A stretch of DNA of 64,000 bases from an uncultured delta proteobacterium (lineage in GTDB: Bacteria > Myxococcota_A > UBA9160 > UBA4427). Shown piece by piece: positions 1 through 10,005 of this stretch. The translations under genes were made by a program, and so were the position numbers. The notes under the pieces were generated by a model, which was not told the DNA's origin, ran no database searches, and saw only the letters and a list, made by a program, of their open reading frames with translations. How positions within the stretch are numbered: the first letter of the stretch is position 1; each line of letters opens with the position of its first letter. The stretch is from assembly GCA_963698485.1 (NCBI GenBank), contig CAVORA010000029.1, positions 264,141-328,140 of the forward strand, given 5' to 3'.

Positions 1-440
1 GAGCTCGCCGTCGTTCCTTTGCGCTGCTCTGGGCGGCGATCGCCTGGCTGCGCTCGGCCGGGGCGGCCCTGGTCGGGCGGTCGCGGGCGCCGACGGCCAC
101 GCCGGCTGCCACGCCGACGCCCGAGAGCGCGGCCGAGCGATCCGGGACCTCGCGCATTCCCGTGCTGCGATTCACGGGCGCCGGCGAGCCGCGTTGCACG
201 GCCTGTCGGCTCTGCGTCGAGATCTGCCCGAGTCGTGCGCTCGCGCTCGACAGTGATGCGTCGGCAGGTCTGCGACACTTCGCGCTGCAGCTCGGCGCGT
301 GCATCGGCTGCGGCGCCTGCGCCGAAGCGTGTCCGGAAGCGGCACTCGCTCTGATCCCGGCTCCGGCCGTGGCGATCGTGGGAGGCTCGGGGCGACCCGA
401 TCCGATCGATCTGCTCGCGGGATCGGGATCGCGGTCATGA
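1..440 (+). CDS. NuoI-like 2x[4Fe-4S] ferredoxin-type subunit, 5'-partial
   Basis: The frame of ORF 162..440 stays open back to nt 3. Two CxxCxxCxxxCP motifs (CTACRLCVEICP, CIGCGACAEACP). Stop TGA 438-440 overlaps the next start (ATGA). True start is probably upstream of the window. Confidence 0.6.
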   Translation, partial: ARRRSFALLWAAIAWLRSAGAALVGRSRAPTATPAATPTPESAAERSGTSRIPVLRFTGAGEPRCTACRLCVEICPSRALALDSDASAGLRHFALQLGACIGCGACAEACPEAALALIPAPAVAIVGGSGRPDPIDLLAGSGSRS

Positions 441-934
441 GCAGCTTCGACGTCGAATCGCTGCGCTCACGTCATCGCGATCTCGAGGTCGAGATCCTCG
501 AGGAGAGCGCCGCCGAGTGGGTGCTGCGCGTTCCCGGGGCGCGTGCGCGTTCGCTGCTCGAGCGGCTGCGTGAGGAGGCGGACGGTGGGTTCCGCTGGCT
601 CGTCGATCTGGCGGCGATCGATCGGGGCGCAGAGACGCATCGCTTCGAGGTCGTCTATCGCCTGCGTCCGAGCGAGGGCGGGCGGGGCCTTCGCCTTCAC
701 GCTCTCGTGGCCGAGGATCCAGACTCGGGCGTGCCGGTCATCGATTCGGTCACGGCGCTCTGGCCGGTTGCGAACTGGCTCGAACGAGAGGCCTTCGACC
801 TGTTCGGAATCCGCTTCCGCGGGCATCCCGACCTGCGTCGGATCCTGCTCGAGGAAGCCTTCGTGGGGGCGCCGCTTCGCAAGGACCATGCGCTGCGGCT
901 CGACCGTGCGTTGCCCGCCGAGGAGAGCTCATGA
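437..934 (+). CDS. nuoC: NADH-quinone oxidoreductase subunit C (30 kDa) family
   Basis: ATG 437 inside ORF 299..934 overlaps the upstream stop. Hallmark WPVANWLEREAFDLFGIRFRGHPDLRRILL. ATGA overlap with the next gene. Confidence 0.8.
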   Translation: MSSFDVESLRSRHRDLEVEILEESAAEWVLRVPGARARSLLERLREEADGGFRWLVDLAAIDRGAETHRFEVVYRLRPSEGGRGLRLHALVAEDPDSGVPVIDSVTALWPVANWLEREAFDLFGIRFRGHPDLRRILLEEAFVGAPLRKDHALRLDRALPAEESS

Positions 935-2121
935 CGAGCGAGCTCTCGCGCACGACTTCGGACTCGCTCTCGGAGGCGCTCGGTTTTCCGGAGACGCGCA
1001 TCGAGCTCGGGATGACCCATCCCGGCGTGCGCCATGCGATGACCGCCGCGGGCGGGACGGCGGGCTTCCTCGTCCGCCTCGACGACGATCGGATCACCGA
1101 TCTCGAAGTCGAGATCGGTCTCGGGCATCGCGGCTTCGAGAAGCAGGTCGAGGCGGCCACCTACGCGGGGGCGCTCCCCTATGTGTCCCGGCTGGGTCAT
1201 GCGGGTGGCGTGATCGCAGAGACCGCATACTGTCTGGCCGTCGAGATGTTAGGTGACATCACGATCCCCGATCGCGCCATCTGGCTGCGAATGCTCGTGA
1301 ACGAGGCGGCTCGGATCGGCGACCACTTCGCGCGCCTGGCGGCGGTGATGTCCGCCATCGGCCTGCAGGAGGCCGGGCGGCTGGCGGAGCAGGGTGAGGT
1401 CGAGAGCGCTCGGCTGCTGTCGGCCGCGACCGGGCGGGGGCCGCTGGAAGGATGGTCGAGGGTCGGCGGGGTCGCTTCCGGCTTGCCCGCGGATTTCGGC
1501 GAGCGCTGGTCCGCCAGCCGAGCCCGGATCGAGGAGCGACTCGCGAGCTTCTCGACGATCGGCGTGTCGAATCCGACCTGCCAGCGGCGTCTCCGCGACG
1601 TGGCTCCGATGTCGCGCGAGGAGGCGCTCGCCTGGGGCATGAGTGGTCCGCCGCTTCGGGCCACGGGTGAGCCCGCCGACGTGCGGAGCAAGGCGCCCTA
1701 TCTCGCGTACGCCGCCCTCGATTTCGACGTACCCGTCGGCGAGACCGGCGACGATTTCGACCGATTGCTGGTGGTGGTCGAGGAGGTGCGACAGAGCCTT
1801 GGCATCATCGAGCAATGCCACAAGCTGCTGGCGAGCCTCGGCCCCGGCGCGATCCTGGCCGACGGCTTCGATTTGGCGGTGGGGGTCGACCCGATCGAGC
1901 TGCCGGCGGGCGAGGCGGTTGTGACAGTCGAAGCGCCGACGGGCGAGCTGGCTTTCTGGGTGGTGGCGGACGGCTCGTCCTGCCCGCATCGCGTGCGGTG
2001 TCGCGCGCCCAGCTTCTTTCACGCGCAGGCGATGCAGGGTCTGATGATCGGGGCGCGGCTCGATGACCTGATGCCGACGGCGGCGCTGCTGCATCTCGTG
2101 TCCGGGGAGTGCGACCGGTGA
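931..2121 (+). CDS. nuoD: NADH-quinone oxidoreductase subunit D (49 kDa) family, divergent
   Basis: 396 aa with IGLGHRGFEK, LRMLVNEAARIGDHF and C-terminal GECDR (compare GEVDR of NuoD). The N-terminal motif is diverged (GMTHPGVRHAM). No paired CxxC NiFe ligands. Confidence 0.7.
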   Translation: MTSELSRTTSDSLSEALGFPETRIELGMTHPGVRHAMTAAGGTAGFLVRLDDDRITDLEVEIGLGHRGFEKQVEAATYAGALPYVSRLGHAGGVIAETAYCLAVEMLGDITIPDRAIWLRMLVNEAARIGDHFARLAAVMSAIGLQEAGRLAEQGEVESARLLSAATGRGPLEGWSRVGGVASGLPADFGERWSASRARIEERLASFSTIGVSNPTCQRRLRDVAPMSREEALAWGMSGPPLRATGEPADVRSKAPYLAYAALDFDVPVGETGDDFDRLLVVVEEVRQSLGIIEQCHKLLASLGPGAILADGFDLAVGVDPIELPAGEAVVTVEAPTGELAFWVVADGSSCPHRVRCRAPSFFHAQAMQGLMIGARLDDLMPTAALLHLVSGECDR

Positions 2122-2624
2122 GCGCGAGGCGGACGGCTTCCTCCGATGCTCGCGGCCGTCCGCAGGGACCCCCGCCGCTCGAGCCCTTCGGGCTGGTGCT
2201 CCACCACGACGGACACTTCAGCCACGAGGGCGCTCCGATCCTCAACCGGCGATTGCGCGAGCACTTCGATCGCCACGTCGAGTATCTGCCGGACGAACAG
2301 AAGTTCATCGTGCGGCTGAAGCATTTTCGCGGTGAGGTCATCGTCGAGGAAGCGGGCTTCTTCGTGATCGAGCTCGATCTCGAGTCGGGCGAGATCAGGC
2401 TCTCCGATGGGAGTCGAGAGCGCCTCGATCTGACCTCCCTCGAGAGCTCTCCGGTCGACGGGGCGCTTCTGTGTCGCGTGAAGCGGGACCTCGCCCCGGG
2501 CGGGCTGCTCGCACGATTCTGTCATTCCGCCCAGGCCGAGCTGCTTCAGTCGGTGGAGCCCGACGGCGAGGCCTTCATGATCGAGCTCGGGGGCCGACGC
2601 GAGGCGTTTCCGGTGATCGAGTAG
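2109..2624 (+). CDS. hypothetical protein, DUF1285-like
   Basis: 171-aa ORF overlapping the nuoD stop (GTG 2109 or GTG 2118). The pattern HHDGHFSHEGAPILNRRLREHF...FIVRL...VIVEEAGFFV resembles DUF1285 proteins. Family call made from memory only. Confidence 0.45.
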   Translation: MRPVSARRTASSDARGRPQGPPPLEPFGLVLHHDGHFSHEGAPILNRRLREHFDRHVEYLPDEQKFIVRLKHFRGEVIVEEAGFFVIELDLESGEIRLSDGSRERLDLTSLESSPVDGALLCRVKRDLAPGGLLARFCHSAQAELLQSVEPDGEAFMIELGGRREAFPVIE

Positions 2625-2734
2625 GTCGGGGGGGCGGGTCTTCGATTGACTCGGACAGACGGCGTTGGTACATCCTGTGGGCCTCGCGCTCCCGGACGGG
2701 CGCGCCGGATGGACGCTGCACGAGTGTCTTTCGA

Positions 2735-2808
2735 GGCGGCGTAGCCAAGTGGTAAGGCACGGGCCTGCAAAGCCCTGATCCCCGGTTCGAATCCGGGCGC
2801 CGCCTCCA
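2735..2808 (+). tRNA. tRNA-Cys (GCA)
   Basis: Acceptor stem GGCGGCG/CGCCGCC, anticodon loop CTGCAAA, T-arm CCCGG-TTCGAAT-CCGGG, encoded CCA. Confidence 0.93.
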
Positions 2809-2847
2809 TTCGTTCGATCCGGCGGTGGCCGGCCGCGTGCATCGGAC

Positions 2848-3609
2848 TCAGATCTCGAGCTTGCGGCCCTCCGGATCGAAGATCCGGCTCTCGTGTAGCC
2901 CGTGCCGCTCGAGGAACAGCCTCGCGGAGACGCTGAGCACCCCGAGCCCGTATTGCACCGATCGCCAGAAATCGATCGAGGAGGCTTCCTCGAAGTAGGC
3001 GGTCGGACAGCTGATCTCGCCGATCTCGAATCCCGCGTAGAGGATCTGCGCGAGCATCTCGTTGTCGAAGACGAAGTCGTCGGAATTCTCGAGCAGCGGC
3101 AGTGTCTCGAGGACCTCTCTCGTGAAGGCGCGGTATCCCGTGTGATACTCCGAGAGCTTGGCGTTCGAGAGCAGATTCTGCGTGGCCGTCAGGAAGCGAT
3201 TGGCGACGTATTTGTAGCGGGGCATGCCCCCGCGCAGCGCGCCGCCTCCCAGGATTCGTGAGCCCAGCACGACGTCATAGGGCCCATCCGTCAGCAGCCC
3301 GACCATCGAGGGAATCAGCTTCGGTGTGTACTGATAGTCCGGATGGAGCATCACGACGATGTCGGCGCCGAGTCGCAGCGCTTCCTGATAGCAGGTCTTC
3401 TGGTTGCCGCCGTAGCCGCGGTTTCGGGGATGGATCAGGGTTCGCAGGCCGAGCCGGATCGCCGCCGAGACGGTGGCGTCATCGCTCGCGTCGTCGGTCA
3501 CGACGACCTCGTCGACGAGATCCATCGGGATCTCCGAGACGGTGCGTTCGAGCGTTCGCGCGGCGTTGTAGGCGGGCATGACGACGACGACGCGCTGATT
3601 GTGGAACAT
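2848..3609 (-). CDS. family 2 glycosyltransferase (dolichyl/polyprenyl-phosphate sugar transferase-like)
   Basis: 253 aa. N-terminus VVVVMPAYNAARTLERTV...VVVTDDASDDAT is the typical GT2 nucleotide-sugar binding fold; DxD-like region follows. Confidence 0.8.
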   Translation of the reverse strand: MFHNQRVVVVMPAYNAARTLERTVSEIPMDLVDEVVVTDDASDDATVSAAIRLGLRTLIHPRNRGYGGNQKTCYQEALRLGADIVVMLHPDYQYTPKLIPSMVGLLTDGPYDVVLGSRILGGGALRGGMPRYKYVANRFLTATQNLLSNAKLSEYHTGYRAFTREVLETLPLLENSDDFVFDNEMLAQILYAGFEIGEISCPTAYFEEASSIDFWRSVQYGLGVLSVSARLFLERHGLHESRIFDPEGRKLEI

Positions 3610-3704
3610 CGCGGCTTCGGGACTCCTGCAGCCTTTTCCCTGGCTGCTCGAATCGAGCGCCCGGGCGGGGCATCACGGAGAAGAACGTATAGAATTCGGC
3701 CGCT

Positions 3705-3790
3705 GCCCGAGTGGCGAAATGGTAAACGCGGACGACTTAAAATCGTCTGGCCGCATGGCCGTGCAGGTTCGAGTCCTGCCTCGGGCACCA
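3705..3790 (+). tRNA. tRNA-Leu (TAA)
   Basis: Acceptor GCCCGAG/CTCGGGC, anticodon loop CTTAAAA, long variable arm, T-arm GCAGG-TTCGAGT-CCTGC, CCA encoded. Confidence 0.93.
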
Positions 3791-3887
3791 TCCAAACCCT
3801 GCAGGCTGCGCTCCGACGGCGTTTCCGACCGGGACGCTGAGCTGGCCGGTCGGGCTCGACGACGACGAGCCGCCGCCTGGCCGTCGA

Positions 3888-4238
3888 TCAGTCGAGCAGG
3901 TCGGCGATGCGTTCACGCACGTCGTCGGTGGCGAGCAGCTCTTCGAGCGCGTCGCGGTCGAGCAGGGTCGTGCGCTGATAGCTCTGATCCGGACGCTGGA
4001 TCTCCACGCGATAGATCTCCCTGGGAGCCGTGAAGATCTGTCGGATCCGCAGTGACTGATCCTCATCACCCTCGAGGATCTGCGTGCGAAGGGAGTCGAC
4101 GATTCGATCGCAGCGATCGACGCAAAGCGCCAGCGGGTCCGGTGGGTCCGAAGGGTTGCGTCGCGCGCGACCGAGAAGCTTGAAGGTTCCAGGCGGTTTC
4201 ATGGGAAGACCAAGCATACCCGTCGTCGAGCGCGCCAT
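3888..4238 (-). CDS. hypothetical protein
   Basis: 116-aa ORF whose ATG directly follows the stop of the upstream PilZ-like gene (TGAATG), suggesting coupling. No family recognised. Alternative internal starts at 4217 and 4202. Confidence 0.45.
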   Translation of the reverse strand: MARSTTGMLGLPMKPPGTFKLLGRARRNPSDPPDPLALCVDRCDRIVDSLRTQILEGDEDQSLRIRQIFTAPREIYRVEIQRPDQSYQRTTLLDRDALEELLATDDVRERIADLLD

Positions 4239-4679
4239 TCAAGCATGAATCGGATATCCATGAAGTCGTCTGATTCGCCGCGCGCGGGCGATCTCGCGGT
4301 CGCGCGCCGCGAAGAGCCGCGCGATCGGAATGAAATCCTGCGGTGATCCGGGCGCGAAGGCGATGCCGAAGATCGCGTCATCGTCTCTCCCCCTGGGCGA
4401 TCCGAAGATCGAAGGGTGCAGCGTCTGTCTGATCCAGGCGACGTGGCCCCGGGTCGCGAAGTGGCCGCCGCGGGGCAGTCGAAGCTCGAGCTGCAGATCG
4501 GTGCCGGGTGCACAGCCTTCGGCGGCGCTGGCGCGCAAGCCACCGAGTCCGATGTCGGTGCAGCGTGCGAAGGGTGCGACGGGCTGGCCGTCGAGGGTCG
4601 TGAGGAAGAGTCTCGCGTGGAGTCGGATCCGGTCCCCAGAGCGTGCTGCCTGGTCGATTCGTTTCAGCGCTCTGCTCAC
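4239..4679 (-). CDS. PilZ domain-like protein
   Basis: 146 aa. An RxxxR-like segment (RIRLHAR) is followed by D-I-G-L-G-G (CTDIGLGGLR), resembling the c-di-GMP binding PilZ signature. Confidence 0.5.
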   Translation of the reverse strand: MSRALKRIDQAARSGDRIRLHARLFLTTLDGQPVAPFARCTDIGLGGLRASAAEGCAPGTDLQLELRLPRGGHFATRGHVAWIRQTLHPSIFGSPRGRDDDAIFGIAFAPGSPQDFIPIARLFAARDREIARARRIRRLHGYPIHA

Positions 4680-4876
4680 GTCGTACTCCTCACGTCTTAC
4701 TCCCGTCGCTCCATGCCTCGGTATCGGCGGGCGAGGACGAATCCCTTGAGCGCAAAGCGAAACGCTCGTCTCCTCGCAGTGTCGAGGCGGACTGGGGAAA
4801 GTCCGGGTAGCGCGGAGGGGTATTTCTCAAGCGCCGCCGGCAGCGGGTCGATGAAAATCAACACGGCGCTCGCTCC

Positions 4877-6166
4877 GTGCGATCCCCCGGAGAGGCCCAC
4901 GTGTCAGGCGACCCACAGAAGAGCGATCTCGGAGAGACCTTCTCGGCGGAGGCGCGGGCCACGCTCGGGGTCGGTGCAGATGACGAGCTGCGTCTGCTGG
5001 CGCGCTCCCGTCACGCGATCCTGCTCGAATGCGGGGATGGGGGCGGGGCCAGGCCTCCGTGGGATCGGGATCTGGTCCTTTGCTGTGATGTGCGTGCCTT
5101 CGCACTGGCAGATCTTCTCAGTCTCGTCCATACGACCGGCAAGTCGGGCTACCTGTTATTCGAATACGAGAACGAGCAGAAGGTCGTCTACCTGAGTCGC
5201 GGCGAGGTCGTGTTCGCCGAGTCCAATCTCTCGACCGATCGCCTCGGTGCATCCCTGCTCCGGACGGGCCTGCTCGATCACGCGCAGCTCGAGCTGGCGG
5301 AGCATCGCTATCACCCGATGACCCGCTTCGGAAAGATCGTCGTGGAGCTGGGCATGCTCACGCCACGCGACCTCTGGAGCGGAGTGAAGAATCAGGTCGA
5401 GGAGATCGTTCGTTCGCTCTTCTCGTATACGGGCGGGTGGATTCATTTCTGGGAAGGCGAGGTCGAGCCCGACAACGTGGTGCGGCTGTCGCTGCCGACG
5501 AATCGACTGATCGAGGAAGGACTCGATCGACGCGACGAGCTGCTTCGGTTTCTCGCCTCGCTGGAAGACCCGCGCTGCCGGATCCGTGTCGGTGACGCTT
5601 CTCGCTCGCCCGCTTCGGACAATGAGAAAGCCGTGGTCGACGCGGTCGTCTCGGGCTGCGCGCTCTTTTCCGAGGTTTGCCATCGCTCGGGTCTCGATCC
5701 TCGCACGACCGCCCGTACGCTGCAGTTCCTGTTGCTGACTGGACACGTGGCGCTCGACAAGCAGGACGATGAAGGCCCGGGCGGCTTCGCAACGGCGGAT
5801 GACGACGTGGTTCGCGAAGCGGTGGCCCTGCATGGACGGCTGATCTTCGAGCTGAGCACTCCGGTCATTGCGCTCGACGGGCCTGCGGCGGTGGCCGATC
5901 GCCTGAATCGGATTCTCGAGGAGAGCGCTGCCCGCGGTCGGGCGCTGCTGGCCGACATCCGATTCGGCGAAGCGTGTGCGATCGATCCCGGCGAGCTCGA
6001 GCATCGAGCCCTGCGCCTGACGGGAGACCGCGTTCGGGAAGTCGACGAGGCCCTGGGCGAGATCGTCGCCTATCTCGAGTTCGAGCTCCGCAACCATCCC
6101 CAGATCGAAGATTGCAGTCCCTTCCTCGAGGCTGTGGCGCCGCTGCGAGCTATGCTGATTCGCTGA
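4877..6166 (+). CDS. DUF4388 (PatA-N-like) domain protein
   Basis: 429-aa ORF. FALADLLSLVHTTGKSGYLLFEYENEQKVVYLSRGEVVFAES matches the DUF4388 pattern. Start uncertain (GTG 4877 or GTG 4901). Confidence 0.6.
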   Translation: MRSPGEAHVSGDPQKSDLGETFSAEARATLGVGADDELRLLARSRHAILLECGDGGGARPPWDRDLVLCCDVRAFALADLLSLVHTTGKSGYLLFEYENEQKVVYLSRGEVVFAESNLSTDRLGASLLRTGLLDHAQLELAEHRYHPMTRFGKIVVELGMLTPRDLWSGVKNQVEEIVRSLFSYTGGWIHFWEGEVEPDNVVRLSLPTNRLIEEGLDRRDELLRFLASLEDPRCRIRVGDASRSPASDNEKAVVDAVVSGCALFSEVCHRSGLDPRTTARTLQFLLLTGHVALDKQDDEGPGGFATADDDVVREAVALHGRLIFELSTPVIALDGPAAVADRLNRILEESAARGRALLADIRFGEACAIDPGELEHRALRLTGDRVREVDEALGEIVAYLEFELRNHPQIEDCSPFLEAVAPLRAMLIR

Positions 6167-6238
6167 CTCCGCCCCGCCCGAATGAACGGTTTCTTCGCGC
6201 GCGTCGGCCCATGCGGGTCCGTCCCGCTCCGGAGATCC

Positions 6239-7069
6239 ATGGCTGCTGCCGGCAACAAGCGGCGTTCGTCCGGGCCGCGCACGAACGCGGCCGCGATGGA
6301 CTGGATCTACGGCTTTCATCCCGTTCGAGAGGCGTTGCGGGCCGGGCGGCGAAAGCTCGTGCGACTCTGGCTCCGTGCGGGCGCGCCGCGGCCGGATCAC
6401 GCCGAGGTGGCCGACCTCGCGGCCCGCGCTGGGATCCCGGTCGAAACGGTGGATCGGGCGGCAATCGACGATCTGGTCGGATCGGATGTGCAGACCCAGG
6501 GAGTGGCACTCCAGGCTGGTGCGATCCCCGAGCTTTCCCTGGCCGCGCTGATCGACCTCGCACCGTCGTCGCGAGGGTCGGTCGGCGGCCGGCGGATCGT
6601 GGCGCTCGACGGCGTCGAGGATCCCCAGAACGTGGGCGCGCTGGCGCGGGTCGCCGAGTCGGCCGGGGCGCTCGGAATGCTTCTCACCGATCGGCGGGCG
6701 CCCGCGCTGACGCCGGCGGTGAGCAGGGCGTCGGCGGGCGCCATCGAATGGCTTCCGGTCGCCCGGGTGCCGAACCTGAGCCGGGCCCTGGCGGATCTCA
6801 AGCAGGCGGGCTTCTGGGTGCTGGCCGCGGCACCGGAGGACGGGGTCTCGCTCTTCGAGATGCCGGATCCTCTGCTCACGGGCGACCTGGTGGTGCTGCT
6901 CGGCGCCGAAGGCAAGGGCGTTCGGCCGGGTGTGCTGAAGCTGGCCGACCATCGGGTCGTCATCCCGATGGCGGGGCGGATCGCTTCATTGAACGTCTCG
7001 ACAGCGGGCGCGGTGATCCTCTACGATCTGCTGCGCCGAGCACCCACGGGAAAGCTTGAGGTCCCCTAG
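6239..7069 (+). CDS. rlmB: SpoU/TrmH-family 23S rRNA 2'-O-methyltransferase (RlmB-like)
   Basis: The core begins MDWIYGFHPVREAL. C-terminal SPOUT motifs LLGAEGKGVR and IPMAGRIASLNVSTAGAVILY. Start is ATG 6239 or ATG 6296 within ORF 6182..7069. Confidence 0.8.
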   Translation: MAAAGNKRRSSGPRTNAAAMDWIYGFHPVREALRAGRRKLVRLWLRAGAPRPDHAEVADLAARAGIPVETVDRAAIDDLVGSDVQTQGVALQAGAIPELSLAALIDLAPSSRGSVGGRRIVALDGVEDPQNVGALARVAESAGALGMLLTDRRAPALTPAVSRASAGAIEWLPVARVPNLSRALADLKQAGFWVLAAAPEDGVSLFEMPDPLLTGDLVVLLGAEGKGVRPGVLKLADHRVVIPMAGRIASLNVSTAGAVILYDLLRRAPTGKLEVP

Positions 7070-7135
7070 GGTGCTCATCCGATGCGGTCGCCGTGTGGCA
7101 TGCCTCGCGGGGACTTGGAGAACTCCCTGAGGCGG

Positions 7136-7165
7136 TTGCCAGCGGGGACAGGAGCGGTCTATAGT
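7136..7165 (+). promoter_or_regulatory. candidate sigma70 promoter for the tRNA-tuf operon
   Basis: TTGCCA (7136-7141), 18-nt spacer, TATAGT (7160-7165), about 90 nt upstream of tRNA-Thr and downstream of the rlmB stop. Confidence 0.35.
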
Positions 7166-7253
7166 CCGCGCGCTCACTCACAACACGAGACGACTCATCG
7201 GGACCGCTTCGAGCAGCCTGGTCTGGGCAGACTGCTCGTAGGCAACTTTTCAG

Positions 7254-7326
7254 GCTGGCGTAGCTCAACTGGTAGAGCATCGGATTTGTAATCCGAAGGT
7301 TAAGGGTTCGAGTCCCCTCGCCAGCT
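7254..7326 (+). tRNA. tRNA-Thr (TGT)
   Basis: Acceptor GCTGGCG/CGCCAGC, D-arm GCTC..GAGC, anticodon stem TCGGA/TCCGA with loop TTTGTAA, T-loop TTCGAGT. CCA not encoded. Confidence 0.88.
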
Positions 7327-7741
7327 CCGGCGCGGCGATTCGATCAGGCGACCAATCGGATGTCGGTCAGTTGTCAGTTGGATGTCAGTTCGGATGCCGA
7401 CTGGCGGTGCTCAAGGCGTCTTCGTGCTCGAGGTGGGGCAGCAAATTTTCCGCTTTTCGATCCGCATAAACCCATGGAAGTCGAGAGCTCGAACCGCACA
7501 TCGACCGGCGATCGCGATGCGCCGCCCGATTCGCCGAATCCGCCAATGACTCCGGAATGTTAGGCCCGCGAAACGCTCGAACATCCGACCGCACGATTCA
7601 GAAACGCTCGCAGGGCTTCGGTGACGGCCGAAGCGGGCGATCAGCAGGGAAACGAGGAAAGAACGCGAAGAACAGTGCGAGCCAGATCGCGCGTCAGGGC
7701 AGGTCGAGGAGACCGCCGGGTGCGTGGCTGCGTGGCTGCGT

Positions 7742-7828
7742 GGAGGGATACCGAAGCGGTTAAACGGGGCAGACTGTAAATCTGCTGGCCTTTGGCCTAC
7801 GGAGGTTCGAATCCTCCTCCCTCCACCA
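7742..7828 (+). tRNA. tRNA-Tyr (GTA)
   Basis: Acceptor GGAGGGA/TCCCTCC, anticodon loop CTGTAAA, long variable arm, T-arm GGAGG-TTCGAAT-CCTCC, CCA encoded. Confidence 0.93.
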
Positions 7829-7955
7829 ACCCGCTCGTGATCCGCCAGCCCCGCGCAGACAGCAAGGCTCGGAACGCAAAACGTTCCTTCGAAGTCGGAA
7901 GCAGCAAGAGAATACGACGAAAAGAGAGCAAGAGGGCCCAGAAGAAAGACAGATC

Positions 7956-8032
7956 GCGGGAATAGCTCAGCTGGCTAGAGCACCAGCCTTCCAAGCTGGG
8001 GGTCGCGGGTTCGAATCCCGTTTCCCGCTCCA
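7956..8032 (+). tRNA. tRNA-Gly (TCC)
   Basis: Acceptor GCGGGAA/TTCCCGC, anticodon stem CCAGC/GCTGG with loop CTTCCAA, T-loop TTCGAAT, CCA encoded. Confidence 0.93.
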
Positions 8033-8103
8033 TTTAGCACGGCGGCCCGAGCGAGATCGGATGATCGAGCTCGAGCAGCCCTCGCAAGAGAATCAACAGT
8101 TCG

Positions 8104-8179
8104 GCTCACGTAGCTCAGGTGGTAGAGCACGTCCTTGGTAAGGACGAGGTCAGCGGTTCGAGCCCGCTCGTGAGCTCCA
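8104..8179 (+). tRNA. tRNA-Thr (GGT)
   Basis: Acceptor GCTCACG/CGTGAGC, anticodon stem CGTCC/GGACG with loop TTGGTAA, T-arm AGCGG-TTCGAGC-CCGCT, CCA encoded. Confidence 0.93.
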
Positions 8180-8530
8180 GCAGATCGCAGGCCGAGGGTC
8201 CTGATCCGGATGGACGCGTCAGAGGCAGAGGTGCAGCGCTAGATAGAAGAGATGTTGGAGAAGTCCGGGGGCGCAGGTCGATCCCGGACCACAGTCCACT
8301 GATCAGAATGGATGAGTGAAACCGACTGACATCATGAGGCGGGGCGGCCACCGGGGGGAGGGCGTCCAAGGAAAGACGCCTCGAGATCAACACGGCATCG
8401 GCGGCGACGACGGGGCCGAGCTGAACGAATCACGAAGAGATGTCAGCCCAACCAGGCAGCAGGGCGTCACGCCACGGGACGCCGATAAACGCCAGCCGGC
8501 AAAGACCAAGAGAGAAGAGCACGCAAAGCA

Positions 8531-9721
<1,191 letters not shown>

Positions 9722-9803
9722 CGCTGGGTCGGCGAGCGTGCCCGCGGCTGCGGGTCGCTCGAGCCCGCGAGCCTCTCTCGGAGAGGGGCTGGGAGCGAGT
9801 TGA

Positions 9804-9879
9804 AGGTCCGTAGCACAATTGGTAGTGCACCGGACTCCAAATCCGGGGGTTGGGGGTTCGAGTCCCTCCGGGCCTGCCA
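9804..9879 (+). tRNA. tRNA-Trp (CCA)
   Basis: Acceptor AGGTCCG/CGGGCCT (one G-U pair), anticodon stem CCGGA/TCCGG with loop CTCCAAA, T-loop TTCGAGT, CCA encoded. Confidence 0.92.
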
Positions 9880-10005
9880 ACTCGACGTCCAGATCGACGG
9901 ACAGCAAGCCCGATGAACGGATCGCCGTTCGAGAGCGCGGGCGGAGCGAACAGAGGAAGAGAGAGTCGGGCGGGTCGAGTGGGTACCAGCCGTGGCGGGG
10001 GTTCG

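Noticed and set aside
3688-3695. TATAGAAT just upstream of tRNA-Leu as a -10 element.
   Set aside because: No -35-like hexamer lies at a suitable distance (only GGGGCA/GCGGGG). It is kept as a possibility but is not supportable as a feature.
2735-3790. The GT2 gene bracketed by tRNA-Cys and tRNA-Leu as a possible integrated island.
   Set aside because: I found no integrase or recombinase, no direct repeat of a tRNA 3' end, no compositional break that I could see, and only one cargo gene.
8361-8483. Recurring GGCGTC-N-GACGCC palindromes (8361-8380, 8463-8483, also 30338-30352) as a shared regulatory motif.
   Set aside because: These are 6-bp arms in very GC-rich DNA, so three occurrences in 64 kb are compatible with chance. 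The loop lengths differ widely (1-9 nt).
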